A stretch of 64,000 nucleotides of DNA, from NCBI GenBank assembly GCA_030699125.1, contig JAUYKM010000018.1:34884-98883 (forward strand). The letters run 5' to 3'. How positions within the stretch are numbered: position 1 is the first letter of the stretch; every line of letters begins with the position of its first letter. The notes under the pieces were generated by a model. The model saw nothing but the letters and a program-made list of their open reading frames with translations. It searched no databases and was not told the origin of the DNA. This DNA is from Candidatus Daviesbacteria bacterium (GTDB taxonomy: Bacteria > Patescibacteriota > Microgenomatia > Daviesbacterales > UBA10151). Both the position numbers and the translations under genes were made by a program. Shown here piece by piece: positions 25,792 through 35,292 of the stretch.

Positions 25792-26487
25792 ATGAAGATA
25801 CTCTTATTTGGTAACGATGCAAAAGATATAGAAGGATTGGTAAAAAAATTGGGCTTTGAGATAGTAAGCTCCAACCCGGATGTAATTATAAGCTATGGGG
25901 GAGATGGTACCCTTCTTTCCTCAGAAAGAGAATATCCAGGTATTCCCAAACTACCCATCAGAAATTCCCAGTTTTGCAATAAATGTGCTGAGCATGCAGA
26001 TGAACATTTGCTTTCACAATTTTTAGAAGATAAACCACAATTCAGAGAATATAAAAAGCTTCATACTAATATTGAAGGTAAAGATTTATACGCCTTAAAT
26101 GATTTTGTAGTCAGAAATGAACTACCCATGCATGCTATTAGATTTCAGATAGATGATGGTCAACTCTTAATCGGCGATGGAATAGTTGTGGCAACTCCCT
26201 TTGGCTCAACCGGTTATTTTAAAAGTATTTCTCAAAAAACTTTTGATACTGGATTTGGCTTAGCTTTTAACAATCTAACAGAAAAAAAAGAACCTTTATT
26301 TTTACAAGATAAAGATTTACTAACCTTTAAATTAGTTAGAGGTAAGGCTACCTTATCTTTTGATAATAGTGCTGATATTTTTACAATCGACGAGGGCTCT
26401 GAACTTGTGTTTAAATTATCAGACCATCTTGCCAAAATCTATGAACCCACCTCTTTGCGCTGCCCTAACTGCAAGGTCCAAAGATAG
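25792..26487 (+). CDS. nadK: NAD+ kinase
   Basis: 231 aa with the GGDGT motif (ISYGGDGTLL) and the NADK C-terminal domain. Confidence 0.8.
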   Translation: MKILLFGNDAKDIEGLVKKLGFEIVSSNPDVIISYGGDGTLLSSEREYPGIPKLPIRNSQFCNKCAEHADEHLLSQFLEDKPQFREYKKLHTNIEGKDLYALNDFVVRNELPMHAIRFQIDDGQLLIGDGIVVATPFGSTGYFKSISQKTFDTGFGLAFNNLTEKKEPLFLQDKDLLTFKLVRGKATLSFDNSADIFTIDEGSELVFKLSDHLAKIYEPTSLRCPNCKVQR

Positions 26488-26519
26488 CTTTACACACCAG
26501 GGGTGTAATAGATTTACAC

Positions 26520-27476
26520 CTAAGGATTTACAGCCGGTTCTAGAAAATTTAATTCCTTTTTAGAAGTATCAAAGGAGATTTTAATGCCTATTGGCATGGG
26601 GATATTCACAGTAAAGTGCCCAAAATCTAAATTAGCCATAATTGGAAATTTATAATCCTTTAGAATATCCAAAATCATCTCTTTGGTAGGAGGTTCAACT
26701 ACTTCCTTATCCCTTATTGGTTTTATATACTTTATTTTTCCTATTAACATCCCAGAAATTTTATCTAAAATTCCTGCATATTTTAGCTGGTAAAGATAAC
26801 GCGCTATGTTATATCTTTCCTCTCCCACCTCTTCCCAAAAAAGGATCGCCTCACCAAAATCATCAAGCTTTGGGAAAAATGGACTACCAATTTGGGTGGA
26901 CAATAAATGCAGTAATCCCCCCACCAAATGACCAGAGGTTCTCCCTTTTTGCCATTCCTCCCATTCACTTAGAGGCTTTATTACTCCAGGAGCTTTTGGT
27001 TTAGTCAAAAATTTTATAAAGAATTCTTTATCCAAACCAGACTCATCCTGACCAAACCCAAAAGTCACATCATCCATATGAAACCCCACCATTCCGCATT
27101 TAGCAAAGATTGCTAAATGATATGTAGTCATATCTGACATACCGATAAAGGGTTTCGGGTTATTAGTTATTAATTCGTAGTCTAAATATTCCAAAACAGA
27201 AATAGCGGAATACCCACCTGTCTGGGCCATGATGGCTTTGATACTTTTATCTGCAAACATGGAGTTAATATCATCAGCCACCTCTTTTGGTGTCCCTGCT
27301 GCCCACCATCTAACTTTCCCAATGGTTTTTCCCTCTTTAATCTTAAATCCCATTTCTGTAAGAATCTTTTTTCCTCTTTCGTAGTTTTCTCTGAAGGATG
27401 GGAAGACAGGTAAAGAAGGCGCCACGATTCCAATAGTATCCCCTTTATTGAGTTTTGGAGGTTTGATCACTTTCAT
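26520..27476 (-). CDS. LD-carboxypeptidase (S66 family, LdcA-like)
   Basis: 318 aa, S66 fold with an IGMSDMT nucleophile-region motif. Confidence 0.7.
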   Translation of the reverse strand: MKVIKPPKLNKGDTIGIVAPSLPVFPSFRENYERGKKILTEMGFKIKEGKTIGKVRWWAAGTPKEVADDINSMFADKSIKAIMAQTGGYSAISVLEYLDYELITNNPKPFIGMSDMTTYHLAIFAKCGMVGFHMDDVTFGFGQDESGLDKEFFIKFLTKPKAPGVIKPLSEWEEWQKGRTSGHLVGGLLHLLSTQIGSPFFPKLDDFGEAILFWEEVGEERYNIARYLYQLKYAGILDKISGMLIGKIKYIKPIRDKEVVEPPTKEMILDILKDYKFPIMANLDFGHFTVNIPMPIGIKISFDTSKKELNFLEPAVNP

Positions 27477-27485
27477 TAACGAAGA

Positions 27486-27523
27486 ATATCATATTTTAAA
27501 AAATCTCGCCCCAAATTGTGAGC
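27486..27523 (-). terminator. Intrinsic terminator downstream of the DUF378 gene: 11-bp perfect stem AAAAATCTCGC/GCGAGATTTTT with a 12-nt loop and flanking A/T runs (bidirectional potential)
   Basis: Read directly at 27488..27523. A U-run follows the hairpin on the minus strand. Confidence 0.65.
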
Positions 27524-27553
27524 GAGATTTTTAATTCCTAAAATCTAGGAAAA

Positions 27554-27763
27554 TTATGACTTAGAACTACACATCTTGCAATCATTCATGTGAGTAGCTC
27601 CAATATAGACTGCTGATACCCCAACCAAGATATAAACTATATTACTAAGGCCCATTCCACCAAAAATAGTTTCCACCAAATTCATATTAAATAGTGCCCC
27701 CAATCCCCAATTCAAACCACCAACTACAAGTAAGCTAAAGGCTACTATATGAAGTATTTTCAT
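27554..27763 (-). CDS. DUF378 family small membrane protein
   Basis: 69 aa, MKILHIVAFSLLVVGGLNWGLGALFNMNLV, typical of DUF378. Confidence 0.75.
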   Translation of the reverse strand: MKILHIVAFSLLVVGGLNWGLGALFNMNLVETIFGGMGLSNIVYILVGVSAVYIGATHMNDCKMCSSKS

Positions 27764-27861
27764 TTATTTATCACCTCCCTTTTTATCTCGCCATAGTTTC
27801 ATGCAAAGGCGGATATACCCAGTGTAAGCATAAATTAAATCTTTAATCAAGTGGAATACAC

Positions 27862-29064
27862 CTATTTGCGGATAAACAATAGCGCATTGGGGATATTGCG
27901 GCCTGGTCCTACTTTATAACCACCGTGCCACAAAGCTGTGGAACCTCCTGAATCTAAATTAAGGGCATTATGCATGCCCATAGCTTGTAAAACCCTGGCT
28001 ACCTCAGCTACTGTGGCATTATGCACCACCCCAATAAAAACTGTGGAATCACGATTACCCACAAAAGAGCGGGAACCTCTAGAGCCCTGTTTAGGATCAG
28101 AATTCCCCCCAAATACCACATTTGATCCGGCCACCAAAAGCGGGTGATTGGCCAAAACTGCATCAACTCCGGTATCCCGACCCCATTCTAAAGATTGTCC
28201 CACAAATCTTGCTAATGAGCCGGAAAAAATTACTGCCGGTACGCTGGAGTAAACATTATTATCAGAATTGATATAAACTTTATTTTTATTCATGGCCAAA
28301 GTATCATAGGCATTAGCTTTTCCAGCGCAGGATGGATATTCAGCCGGACAAAAATAGGATCCATTTACCCCGGCAAAAGCCCCGGATCTGGAAATATAGG
28401 TGGCTAAAGGTAGTGTGGGACAATTGTCCCGGCAATCAGCATCTGAGGCAGTATCTACAATTACCCTGGTGGAATTTAAGTCAGCGGATATTACATCTAC
28501 CAGATATTCTCCAATATCGATAGAGACTCTTTGTCTGGAATAACCGGATCCGGGAGGAGTATTGCTTTGGGTCACATTTTCAGGAATGGTAAAGGAAACT
28601 GCTGCTTTTTGGTTTTCTTGGTCAATGTTAGATGATACATCTGATAAAATTTTGCCTGCTTCTTCAAAGTTTCTATCAGATAAAAGTTTCAAAGATTTGG
28701 CAAAATCCTTTTCAAAATCTCCTTTTTTATTTTTGTCCCCACTGTAATCCAAAAGTTTTTCGTAAACTACAACGGCCTGATCATATGTTTTCTCAATACT
28801 AACAATTTCTTTTCTTAAATCCTGATTTATCTTTACCTGATCTTCATTCTTTAAATCCTCCAATTCCTTTCCAATACCCATCAGCTCATTTTTTAGTTTT
28901 GTCTCAGTACTTAGAAGCTCCGTAATTTTTAGGTTAAGAGTAAAAATATTCTGGAAATTAAAAGCAAGAAGAATAATCAGCCCTAAAAGTAAGGCAGACA
29001 GAATATACTTGTGTCTAAAAATTTTGGAAAGAATGTTGTTAAATATCCAAACCAAATGTCTCAC
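27862..29064 (-). CDS. Membrane-anchored phosphodiester glycosidase family protein (NAGPA/DUF2233 domain)
   Basis: 400 aa. N-terminal TM helix, coiled coil, and a C-terminal NAGPA-like domain with NALNLDSGGSTALW. Confidence 0.65.
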   Translation of the reverse strand: MRHLVWIFNNILSKIFRHKYILSALLLGLIILLAFNFQNIFTLNLKITELLSTETKLKNELMGIGKELEDLKNEDQVKINQDLRKEIVSIEKTYDQAVVVYEKLLDYSGDKNKKGDFEKDFAKSLKLLSDRNFEEAGKILSDVSSNIDQENQKAAVSFTIPENVTQSNTPPGSGYSRQRVSIDIGEYLVDVISADLNSTRVIVDTASDADCRDNCPTLPLATYISRSGAFAGVNGSYFCPAEYPSCAGKANAYDTLAMNKNKVYINSDNNVYSSVPAVIFSGSLARFVGQSLEWGRDTGVDAVLANHPLLVAGSNVVFGGNSDPKQGSRGSRSFVGNRDSTVFIGVVHNATVAEVARVLQAMGMHNALNLDSGGSTALWHGGYKVGPGRNIPNALLFIRK

Positions 29065-29110
29065 TCAATTATTGTAGTCATAATTGCTCCAAAGAGGCAA
29101 TTTATCAAGA

Positions 29111-30889
29111 TTATGATTTCAAAATACTCAAAAATGCCTCCTGGGGGATTTCGACTCTACCAATCATTTTCATCTTTTTCTTTCCCTTTTTCTGCTTCTC
29201 AAGCAGCTTATCTTTTCTGGTTCTATCCCCTCCATATAGCTTGGCTGTGACATCTTTTCTAAATGGTGAGATGGTTTCTCTGGCAATAATATTTCCTCCA
29301 ATTACTGCCTGAATTGCTATGGCAAAATTTTGCCTGGGCAACACTTCCTTTAATTTTTCCACCATTTTTCTTCCAAAACTTTCCGCCTTTTCCCGAACCA
29401 CAATGGTGGAAAGTGCATCCACTTTTTCTCCTGCCACCAAAATATCTAACCTTACTGCTTCCACCTCTCTATATTCTAAAAATTCCCAATCTAGCGAGGC
29501 GAAACCAGAGGAAACTGATTTTAGCCGATCATAAAAATTGGTAATCATCTCAGAAAGCGGCATTTCATACTTAAGTTCCACTTGAGTACCAAAATATTGA
29601 GTATTGATAAACTTCCCCCGTCTTTCTGTTACCAAATCCATTACATTACCAATAAAATTTTGTGGAATAAAAATTTTTAAAGATACCCAGGGTTCCTTAA
29701 CATTTTTCATAAGTGAGGGGTCAATTTCAGAAGGATTATGAATTAGCTTTCCCTCAATCTCATATTCCACTGAAGGGATAGTGGCAATCAAATCTACTCC
29801 CGCCTCAGTTGATAATCTTTCTTGGACAACCTCTGCATGCAGAAGACCCAAAAATCCACACCTAAAACCATTTCCTAAAGCCTGAGATGATTCCAACTCA
29901 TAAGATAAAGAGGGATCATTTAGTCTAAATTTTTCCAAAGCCTCTTTGGCTTCAATGTATGAATCCTGCTCGATGGGAAAAAGTCCTACATAAACCATAG
30001 GTTTTACCTCTTTGTACCCTGGAAGAGGTTCAACATCCAACTCAGTAGAAATAGTATCTCCTACTCTCACCTTATCCGAATCTTTTATACCAGTAGCAAT
30101 ATAGCCAATATCTCCTGCATAAAGTCCGTCATTTAAAGTTAGCTCCGGCGCAAAAAAACCAGTTTCTAAGATATGTCCCTCAGCCTTATTTTGCAGAAAA
30201 CAAATTTTTGCGTTAACTGGTGGCGTTTGACCTTCCATAATTCTCACCTGGGCAATCACTCCCTTAAAAGGATCGAAAAAACTGTCAAAGATTAATGCTT
30301 TCAATGGACACCCTTGGGGTGTATTTGTATTGACACCTGCGGATTTTGGGGCTGGGATACGCTCAATAATGGCTTTCAATAATTCCTCCACACCTTTTCC
30401 TGTTTTTCCAGATACAAGTAAAATCTCATCTTTATTAAACCCAAATGTTTCTATTAGTTGTTTTTTTGTGGATTCAATATCTGCATTTGGTAGATCAATT
30501 TTATTAATAACAGGAATTAAAGTCAGATTCTGCTCCAGTGCAGCCAGACCATGAGCTAAAGTCTGAGCCTGAATCCCCTGAGTCGCATCTACCAAAAGTG
30601 TGGCTCCCTCAACTGCTGCCAAAGCCCGAGATACTTCATACGAAAAATCCACATGGCCCGGGGTATCAATTAAGTTTAGGGTGTAGGGTATAGCGTCTAG
30701 GGTATAGCTAAGGCGCACTGGCGCGAGCTTAATGGTAATTCCCCGCTCCCGCTCCAATGCTAGAGAGTCCAGAAGCTGCGGCTTCAGTTTTTCCTTGGGG
30801 ATAGTGCCGGTAATTTCCAGCAGTCTGTCTGCCAGAGTGGATTTACCGTGATCAATGTGGGCAATGATGGAAAAATTGCGAATGTTCAT
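29111..30889 (-). CDS. lepA: Elongation factor 4 (LepA)
   Basis: 592 aa with NFSIIAHIDHGKSTLADR and DTPGHVDF. Contains a small in-frame tandem duplication YTLDAIP/YTLNLID (DNA tagggtatagc x2). Confidence 0.95.
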   Translation of the reverse strand: MNIRNFSIIAHIDHGKSTLADRLLEITGTIPKEKLKPQLLDSLALERERGITIKLAPVRLSYTLDAIPYTLNLIDTPGHVDFSYEVSRALAAVEGATLLVDATQGIQAQTLAHGLAALEQNLTLIPVINKIDLPNADIESTKKQLIETFGFNKDEILLVSGKTGKGVEELLKAIIERIPAPKSAGVNTNTPQGCPLKALIFDSFFDPFKGVIAQVRIMEGQTPPVNAKICFLQNKAEGHILETGFFAPELTLNDGLYAGDIGYIATGIKDSDKVRVGDTISTELDVEPLPGYKEVKPMVYVGLFPIEQDSYIEAKEALEKFRLNDPSLSYELESSQALGNGFRCGFLGLLHAEVVQERLSTEAGVDLIATIPSVEYEIEGKLIHNPSEIDPSLMKNVKEPWVSLKIFIPQNFIGNVMDLVTERRGKFINTQYFGTQVELKYEMPLSEMITNFYDRLKSVSSGFASLDWEFLEYREVEAVRLDILVAGEKVDALSTIVVREKAESFGRKMVEKLKEVLPRQNFAIAIQAVIGGNIIARETISPFRKDVTAKLYGGDRTRKDKLLEKQKKGKKKMKMIGRVEIPQEAFLSILKS

Positions 30890-30924
30890 GGGAGTATTGT
30901 AGCCAAAATATACTAGCCAAGCAA

Positions 30925-32565
30925 TCAGACAGGAGGATGTTCTGAAGTAATCATCTCTTCTGACTTTAGTTTGGACTGGAATCTGCCTAATTTTTTAATC
31001 AGATCTACATAAGTTGTTAGCTCTTTAACTTTCATAAACCAGACCAAAATTACATAAACTGATATGGCAAAAGTGGCAGATATGCCGGTTAAAATAATCA
31101 GGTTAACAGTCCGGGTGGTATCAAAAATCACCTGGTCCAAAAGTTTGATGGGAATATATAAAGCTACGCCCATGATAATTGTGGCCATCATCATCTTCCC
31201 AAAAGGACCGAAAGCCTGACCTAGATTAAAACCGCCTACTTTAAAATGTAACATTATAAAAAGCAATGTCCCTGATAAAATACTGGCGATTGAAAAAGCC
31301 AAACCCAAACCCCAGACATCCAAATTAAGTACCCGGATAAACAAAAAGCTTAAAAATATATTGACCAAAACTACTATTAGAGAGATCAGGACCGGAGTCC
31401 TAGTATCTTTAAAGGCATAAAAAGCCCTCACCAGTAGCAAAGATATAGCCTGGGCACCCAGGCCGATGGAAAGAAAAGCCAGAGTTCTGCCTGTCAAAAC
31501 TGTAGCTTCCCAGTCAAATTGGGATGCTCCGAAGATTAATCTGACTGAAGGGATTCTTAAAACAATAAGGATGGCAGTTGAAGGTAGGACCAAAAATAAA
31601 ATCTGATGTAAGGTAGTTAAAAGAGTGGTTTTAAACTCCTCAATTCTGCCCCTGGCCCGCTCATAAGATAAAACTGGCATGGCAGCTTGAGCTATGGTGG
31701 CACCGAAAAGAGAGATGGGCACCAGCTGCAAGTGCTGAGCAAAAGTTAAATAAGTAACAGATGATGTAGAGATGAGTGATGCTAAAGCTATTGCCACCCT
31801 TTCGTTAATCTGTTCTGCTGCCAAACCAATAGTTCTTACACTCATCAACTTAATAATCTCCCGCAACCCTGAATGAATAAAACCACCAATCAATTCTACT
31901 TTGAATCCCAGAGATAAAACCAAAGGTAGTTGAATTAAGACGTGTAAGATTCCTCCAATGATTACACCAAACGCTGCTCCCATAATTCCCAAAGAATTAG
32001 ATAGAAGCAAAATCCCAATAATAATACCTATATTATAGAAAACCCCTGCCAAAGCCGGGATGATAAATCTTTGAAATGATTGCAAAATACCGATAAAGAG
32101 CGAGCCAAAGGAGAGAATAATTTGACCTATCAAAATAACTCTGGTTAAACTGGCTACTTGCAATTTTTGTTCTTGAGAAAAACCCGGCACAATTAAATTT
32201 GTTAAAGGTTCTACAAAAATATAGATCACAATGGCAACCAAGATTAAAATCAGCAGCATCAAATTAAATACCGAACTTGACAACCTAAAAGCTTCGCTCT
32301 TACCACCTTTCTCCAAAGTTTCTGTAAAGATAGGGATAAAGGCCACAGAGAGAGCGCCAAAAATAAAAATATGGAAAATCAAATCAGGTAAGCCAAAAGC
32401 GGCAAAAAAGATAGCCACAGTATCCGGCGGAAAAATGTGAGCCAGTAATCTGTCTCTAACTAGACCCAATATCTTTGATAAAATTACCGTGGCCATAATA
32501 ATGGTAGCACCGGATAAAATGGAGGTTTGTCTGGTAGATAAAATAGACAGAATATTTTTAACCAT
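30925..32565 (-). CDS. murJ: Lipid II flippase MurJ
   Basis: 546 aa, 14-TM MATE-like fold with a MurJ N-terminus. Confidence 0.85.
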   Translation of the reverse strand: MVKNILSILSTRQTSILSGATIIMATVILSKILGLVRDRLLAHIFPPDTVAIFFAAFGLPDLIFHIFIFGALSVAFIPIFTETLEKGGKSEAFRLSSSVFNLMLLILILVAIVIYIFVEPLTNLIVPGFSQEQKLQVASLTRVILIGQIILSFGSLFIGILQSFQRFIIPALAGVFYNIGIIIGILLLSNSLGIMGAAFGVIIGGILHVLIQLPLVLSLGFKVELIGGFIHSGLREIIKLMSVRTIGLAAEQINERVAIALASLISTSSVTYLTFAQHLQLVPISLFGATIAQAAMPVLSYERARGRIEEFKTTLLTTLHQILFLVLPSTAILIVLRIPSVRLIFGASQFDWEATVLTGRTLAFLSIGLGAQAISLLLVRAFYAFKDTRTPVLISLIVVLVNIFLSFLFIRVLNLDVWGLGLAFSIASILSGTLLFIMLHFKVGGFNLGQAFGPFGKMMMATIIMGVALYIPIKLLDQVIFDTTRTVNLIILTGISATFAISVYVILVWFMKVKELTTYVDLIKKLGRFQSKLKSEEMITSEHPPV

Positions 32566-32626
32566 GATTTAATATAGTAGCACTCAATCTTGCACAAGAA
32601 TAGAGGCTTATGTTAATATACCCACC

Positions 32627-32920
32627 ATGCCTATTATTAAATCAGCCATTAAAAAGGTTCGAAAAGATAAAATAAGAACTGCCCGCAATAAAAAACGGGA
32701 GGATACCCTAAAAGATCTTATCAAAAAGGTGAGAAAGTCTAAATCTGCTAAGGACCTGCAAGCTGTTTATTCAGCCTTAGATAAGGCAGCTAAAGTTAAA
32801 TTAATTCATCGAAACCGTGCTGCCAGACTAAAATCCAGATTGTCCAAAGGTGTTAAAGAAACTATCGCAATAAAGAGTCAACTTAAATCGCCTAAAAAAG
32901 TAGCCAAAAAGAAAGCCTAA
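32627..32920 (+). CDS. rpsT: 30S ribosomal protein S20
   Basis: 97 aa, MPIIKSAIKKVRKDKIRTARNKK. Confidence 0.85.
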   Translation: MPIIKSAIKKVRKDKIRTARNKKREDTLKDLIKKVRKSKSAKDLQAVYSALDKAAKVKLIHRNRAARLKSRLSKGVKETIAIKSQLKSPKKVAKKKA

Positions 32921-32964
32921 TTTTCCCCTTTTCCCTTTACCCTTTTCCCTGGTAGAATATTCAT
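32921..32964 (+). repeat. Polypyrimidine heptamer tract (TTTTCCC-like x4) followed by TAGAAT 6 nt before the ATG of the pilN-like gene (leaderless-type promoter context)
   Basis: Sequence ttttcccc ttttccc tttaccc ttttccc tgg tagaat attc ATG, read directly. Confidence 0.5.
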
Positions 32965-33549
32965 ATGGCTACCAAAAATACTCCTAAATTGATTCTTAAT
33001 CTTGATCTTCTAAAACCTCAATCTTCTCCTTTGAAACTTCCTGTCAAATTACTAAAATGGTCACTTTCAACCGGCAGATATATTTTTATTGTGGTTGAAG
33101 GAATGGTACTAGTTGCCTTTATCACCAGATTTTTCTTGGACGCTCAACTGATAGATAAGACTGAAAAAATTGATCAACAAGTCCAGTTTATCAAATCTAA
33201 AACTTCCGATGAGATTTTAATCCGCCAAACTCAGATGAAACTCTCTACCATTAATGCTTTTTATAAAGACTTAGTGGATTATCCTCTGATTCTAAAAAAT
33301 ATCGCTGATCAAACGCCATTAAATGTCTCCATCTCTAACATCTTCATGGAAAAAGTAACCGGCAAAGTTAATATTTCAATCAGCGCCCAAGCTCAATCAA
33401 ACAATGATGTCTCATCCTTTGTGACGGGCTTAAGAGAATCCCAATTTTTTTCCGATGTCAGAGTAACTGGAGTTAATTTGGAACAAAATATCATCCGCTT
33501 TACTGTTACTGCACAATCACAAAACTTAGGAGAAGGAATAAGTCTATGA
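32965..33549 (+). CDS. Type IV pilus assembly PilN-like protein (short cytoplasmic N-terminus, TM helix, periplasmic domain)
   Basis: 194 aa bitopic protein. Translationally coupled (ATGA) to a PilO-like gene. Confidence 0.45.
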   Translation: MATKNTPKLILNLDLLKPQSSPLKLPVKLLKWSLSTGRYIFIVVEGMVLVAFITRFFLDAQLIDKTEKIDQQVQFIKSKTSDEILIRQTQMKLSTINAFYKDLVDYPLILKNIADQTPLNVSISNIFMEKVTGKVNISISAQAQSNNDVSSFVTGLRESQFFSDVRVTGVNLEQNIIRFTVTAQSQNLGEGISL

Positions 33550-34160
33550 AAGAAACCTCGTCAACCCGTTATTCCAGATATTTTACCTATATTAGACCAA
33601 TAATAAGAATTCCTCTGGTTAAAAATTATGGGTCAATTATTTTTACCCTAACAGTGATCATTATTTTTATCTTTTTTGCCATCAAACCAACTGTAGAGAC
33701 AATTTTAGTTTTACAAAAAAAGTTGGAAAATGCCAACCAAGTCCTGGAACAACTTGAGGAAAAAAGTCACAATCTGGCTTTGGGAAAGCAAAATCTTGAT
33801 GGATTGGATCCACAAATAAAAACCAAAATATCCGCCTTTATTCCCGATACTGTCAGCTTAAGGACTATTATTCAAACACTCGAGCAAACTTCCCTCTCCC
33901 AAAATGCCTCAGTTTCAGCCTTACAGATCCAACCTCTTATGATACAACCTAAAAATAGTGAAGCGTTAGGAGAAATGACTGAAATTAGCTTTACTTTTAA
34001 TACAGAAGGTGGCTACTTAAATCTCTCTTCTATCTTGCAGCAAATTTTAAGAAGCAGCAACCGCCTATTTCCCATAAATAGTGTCAATGTTAGAAAAATT
34101 GATGATGCATCATCAACACTTTTGATGTCTGTTGTGGGTAAATCTTATTACATTAAATGA
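33546..34160 (+). CDS. Type IV pilus assembly PilO-like protein
   Basis: 204 aa. TM helix then the coiled coil QKKLENANQVLEQLEEK. Operon partner of the PilN-like gene. Confidence 0.45.
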   Translation: MKETSSTRYSRYFTYIRPIIRIPLVKNYGSIIFTLTVIIIFIFFAIKPTVETILVLQKKLENANQVLEQLEEKSHNLALGKQNLDGLDPQIKTKISAFIPDTVSLRTIIQTLEQTSLSQNASVSALQIQPLMIQPKNSEALGEMTEISFTFNTEGGYLNLSSILQQILRSSNRLFPINSVNVRKIDDASSTLLMSVVGKSYYIK

Positions 34161-34171
34161 GGAATTAAAGA

Positions 34172-34348
34172 ATGAATAAAAGGGAATGGTTAATTGCAGC
34201 TGTTTTAACATTTATTACCATAATTTCTTGGGTGGTGTTTGATATTATCCATACTCAACAAGAAGTAGAGATCCCCTCCCAGGTTCAAGAGGTATTAGAG
34301 CCGCTGGATCCCAATTTTAACACTCAAGTGTTAAAATCATTACCATGA
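34172..34348 (+). CDS. Small membrane protein (58 aa) not in the ORF track. Has a GAGGA SD and is coupled to the downstream gene (ATGA overlap).
   Basis: MNKREWLIAAVLTFITIISWVVFDIIHTQQEVEIPSQVQEVLEPLDPNFNTQVLKSLP, counted codon by codon (59 codons). Confidence 0.5.
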   Translation: MNKREWLIAAVLTFITIISWVVFDIIHTQQEVEIPSQVQEVLEPLDPNFNTQVLKSLP

Positions 34349-35292
34349 CTCATTTTTTTGATAAGTTTAAGATCCCCACGCTACTTGGGTTGGGTATTCT
34401 TTTATCAGGGATAATTGCCGGAGTATTACTGACTTTAAACCAGCAAGTTTTTTTGACCAGAGCCACTCCCCAAATTGAACCAAAAAATATTACACTTTCA
34501 AATATTTCTGAAACCGGACTCACCATTTCTTGGGAAACATCTTCTGAAATAATATCATCCATCTCTTTCGGTCAAAACTCCCCTCAAGAAAAATTTGTCT
34601 CAGATGATCAGGATTTTGAAGGCCCCACTCTTCATCAAATCCATTATGTTAGTCTGAAGAACCTTTTTCCCAAAACGATCTATAAATATCAGATTACTTC
34701 CTCTAGTTTCAAATCAAAGGTAAGTGAATTCAAAACAGCTTCTCCCGCTTCTTCTCAAACAGGTTTTGGACCTATCATTGGTACTGTTTTGGATGGTGAA
34801 TCACCGCTTAGTGAGGGCGTTGTTTATTTAACTATTCCGCAGGCCAATATCCAATCATCTCTCATTAAAGAGTTTGGCAGTTTTTTAATTCCCCTAAATT
34901 CTATTCGTACAACTAACTTAGCTGATATCTATAATTTAACTGAGGAAACTGTGGCTAAAATTAAGGTAGTTTCACCCAAAGGAGAAGCTAGCGCCACTTT
35001 TAAATTGAGCCTTGCGGGCGTGCAACTTCCCCCTATGAAATTAGGTGAGAATTTAGATCTGATCATTATGCCAGAAATAAAACCTGAAGAAGCTTCTCCA
35101 TCAGCACAAGAGTTAATCCAATATGATTTAAATGATGACGGCAAAATTAATGCCGCAGATAATGCAGTTATTTTAAATAATTTTGGAAATCCGCCAGCTG
35201 GCGGACCTAAAGAAAAAAGAGCAGATTTAAATCAAGATGGAATTGTTGATGAAAAAGATCTTACTTTAATGAGTAAACAAATTAACCAGTAA
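34345..35292 (+). CDS. Membrane-anchored surface protein with a fibronectin type III-like domain and a C-terminal type I dockerin repeat pair
   Basis: 315 aa. FN3-like ITLSNISETGLTISWETSS...KYQITS. Dockerin repeats DLNDDGKINAADNAVILNNF and DLNQDGIVDEKDLTLMSKQI. Confidence 0.65.
   Translation: MTHFFDKFKIPTLLGLGILLSGIIAGVLLTLNQQVFLTRATPQIEPKNITLSNISETGLTISWETSSEIISSISFGQNSPQEKFVSDDQDFEGPTLHQIHYVSLKNLFPKTIYKYQITSSSFKSKVSEFKTASPASSQTGFGPIIGTVLDGESPLSEGVVYLTIPQANIQSSLIKEFGSFLIPLNSIRTTNLADIYNLTEETVAKIKVVSPKGEASATFKLSLAGVQLPPMKLGENLDLIIMPEIKPEEASPSAQELIQYDLNDDGKINAADNAVILNNFGNPPAGGPKEKRADLNQDGIVDEKDLTLMSKQINQ

Noticed and set aside
24977-25822. Longer hrcA ORF starting at 25822 (MHRYQIRV...)
   Set aside because: The extension would run through the CIRCE operator, the -35/-10 promoter and the nadK start. 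The conserved HrcA N-terminus begins at the internal Met (25723).
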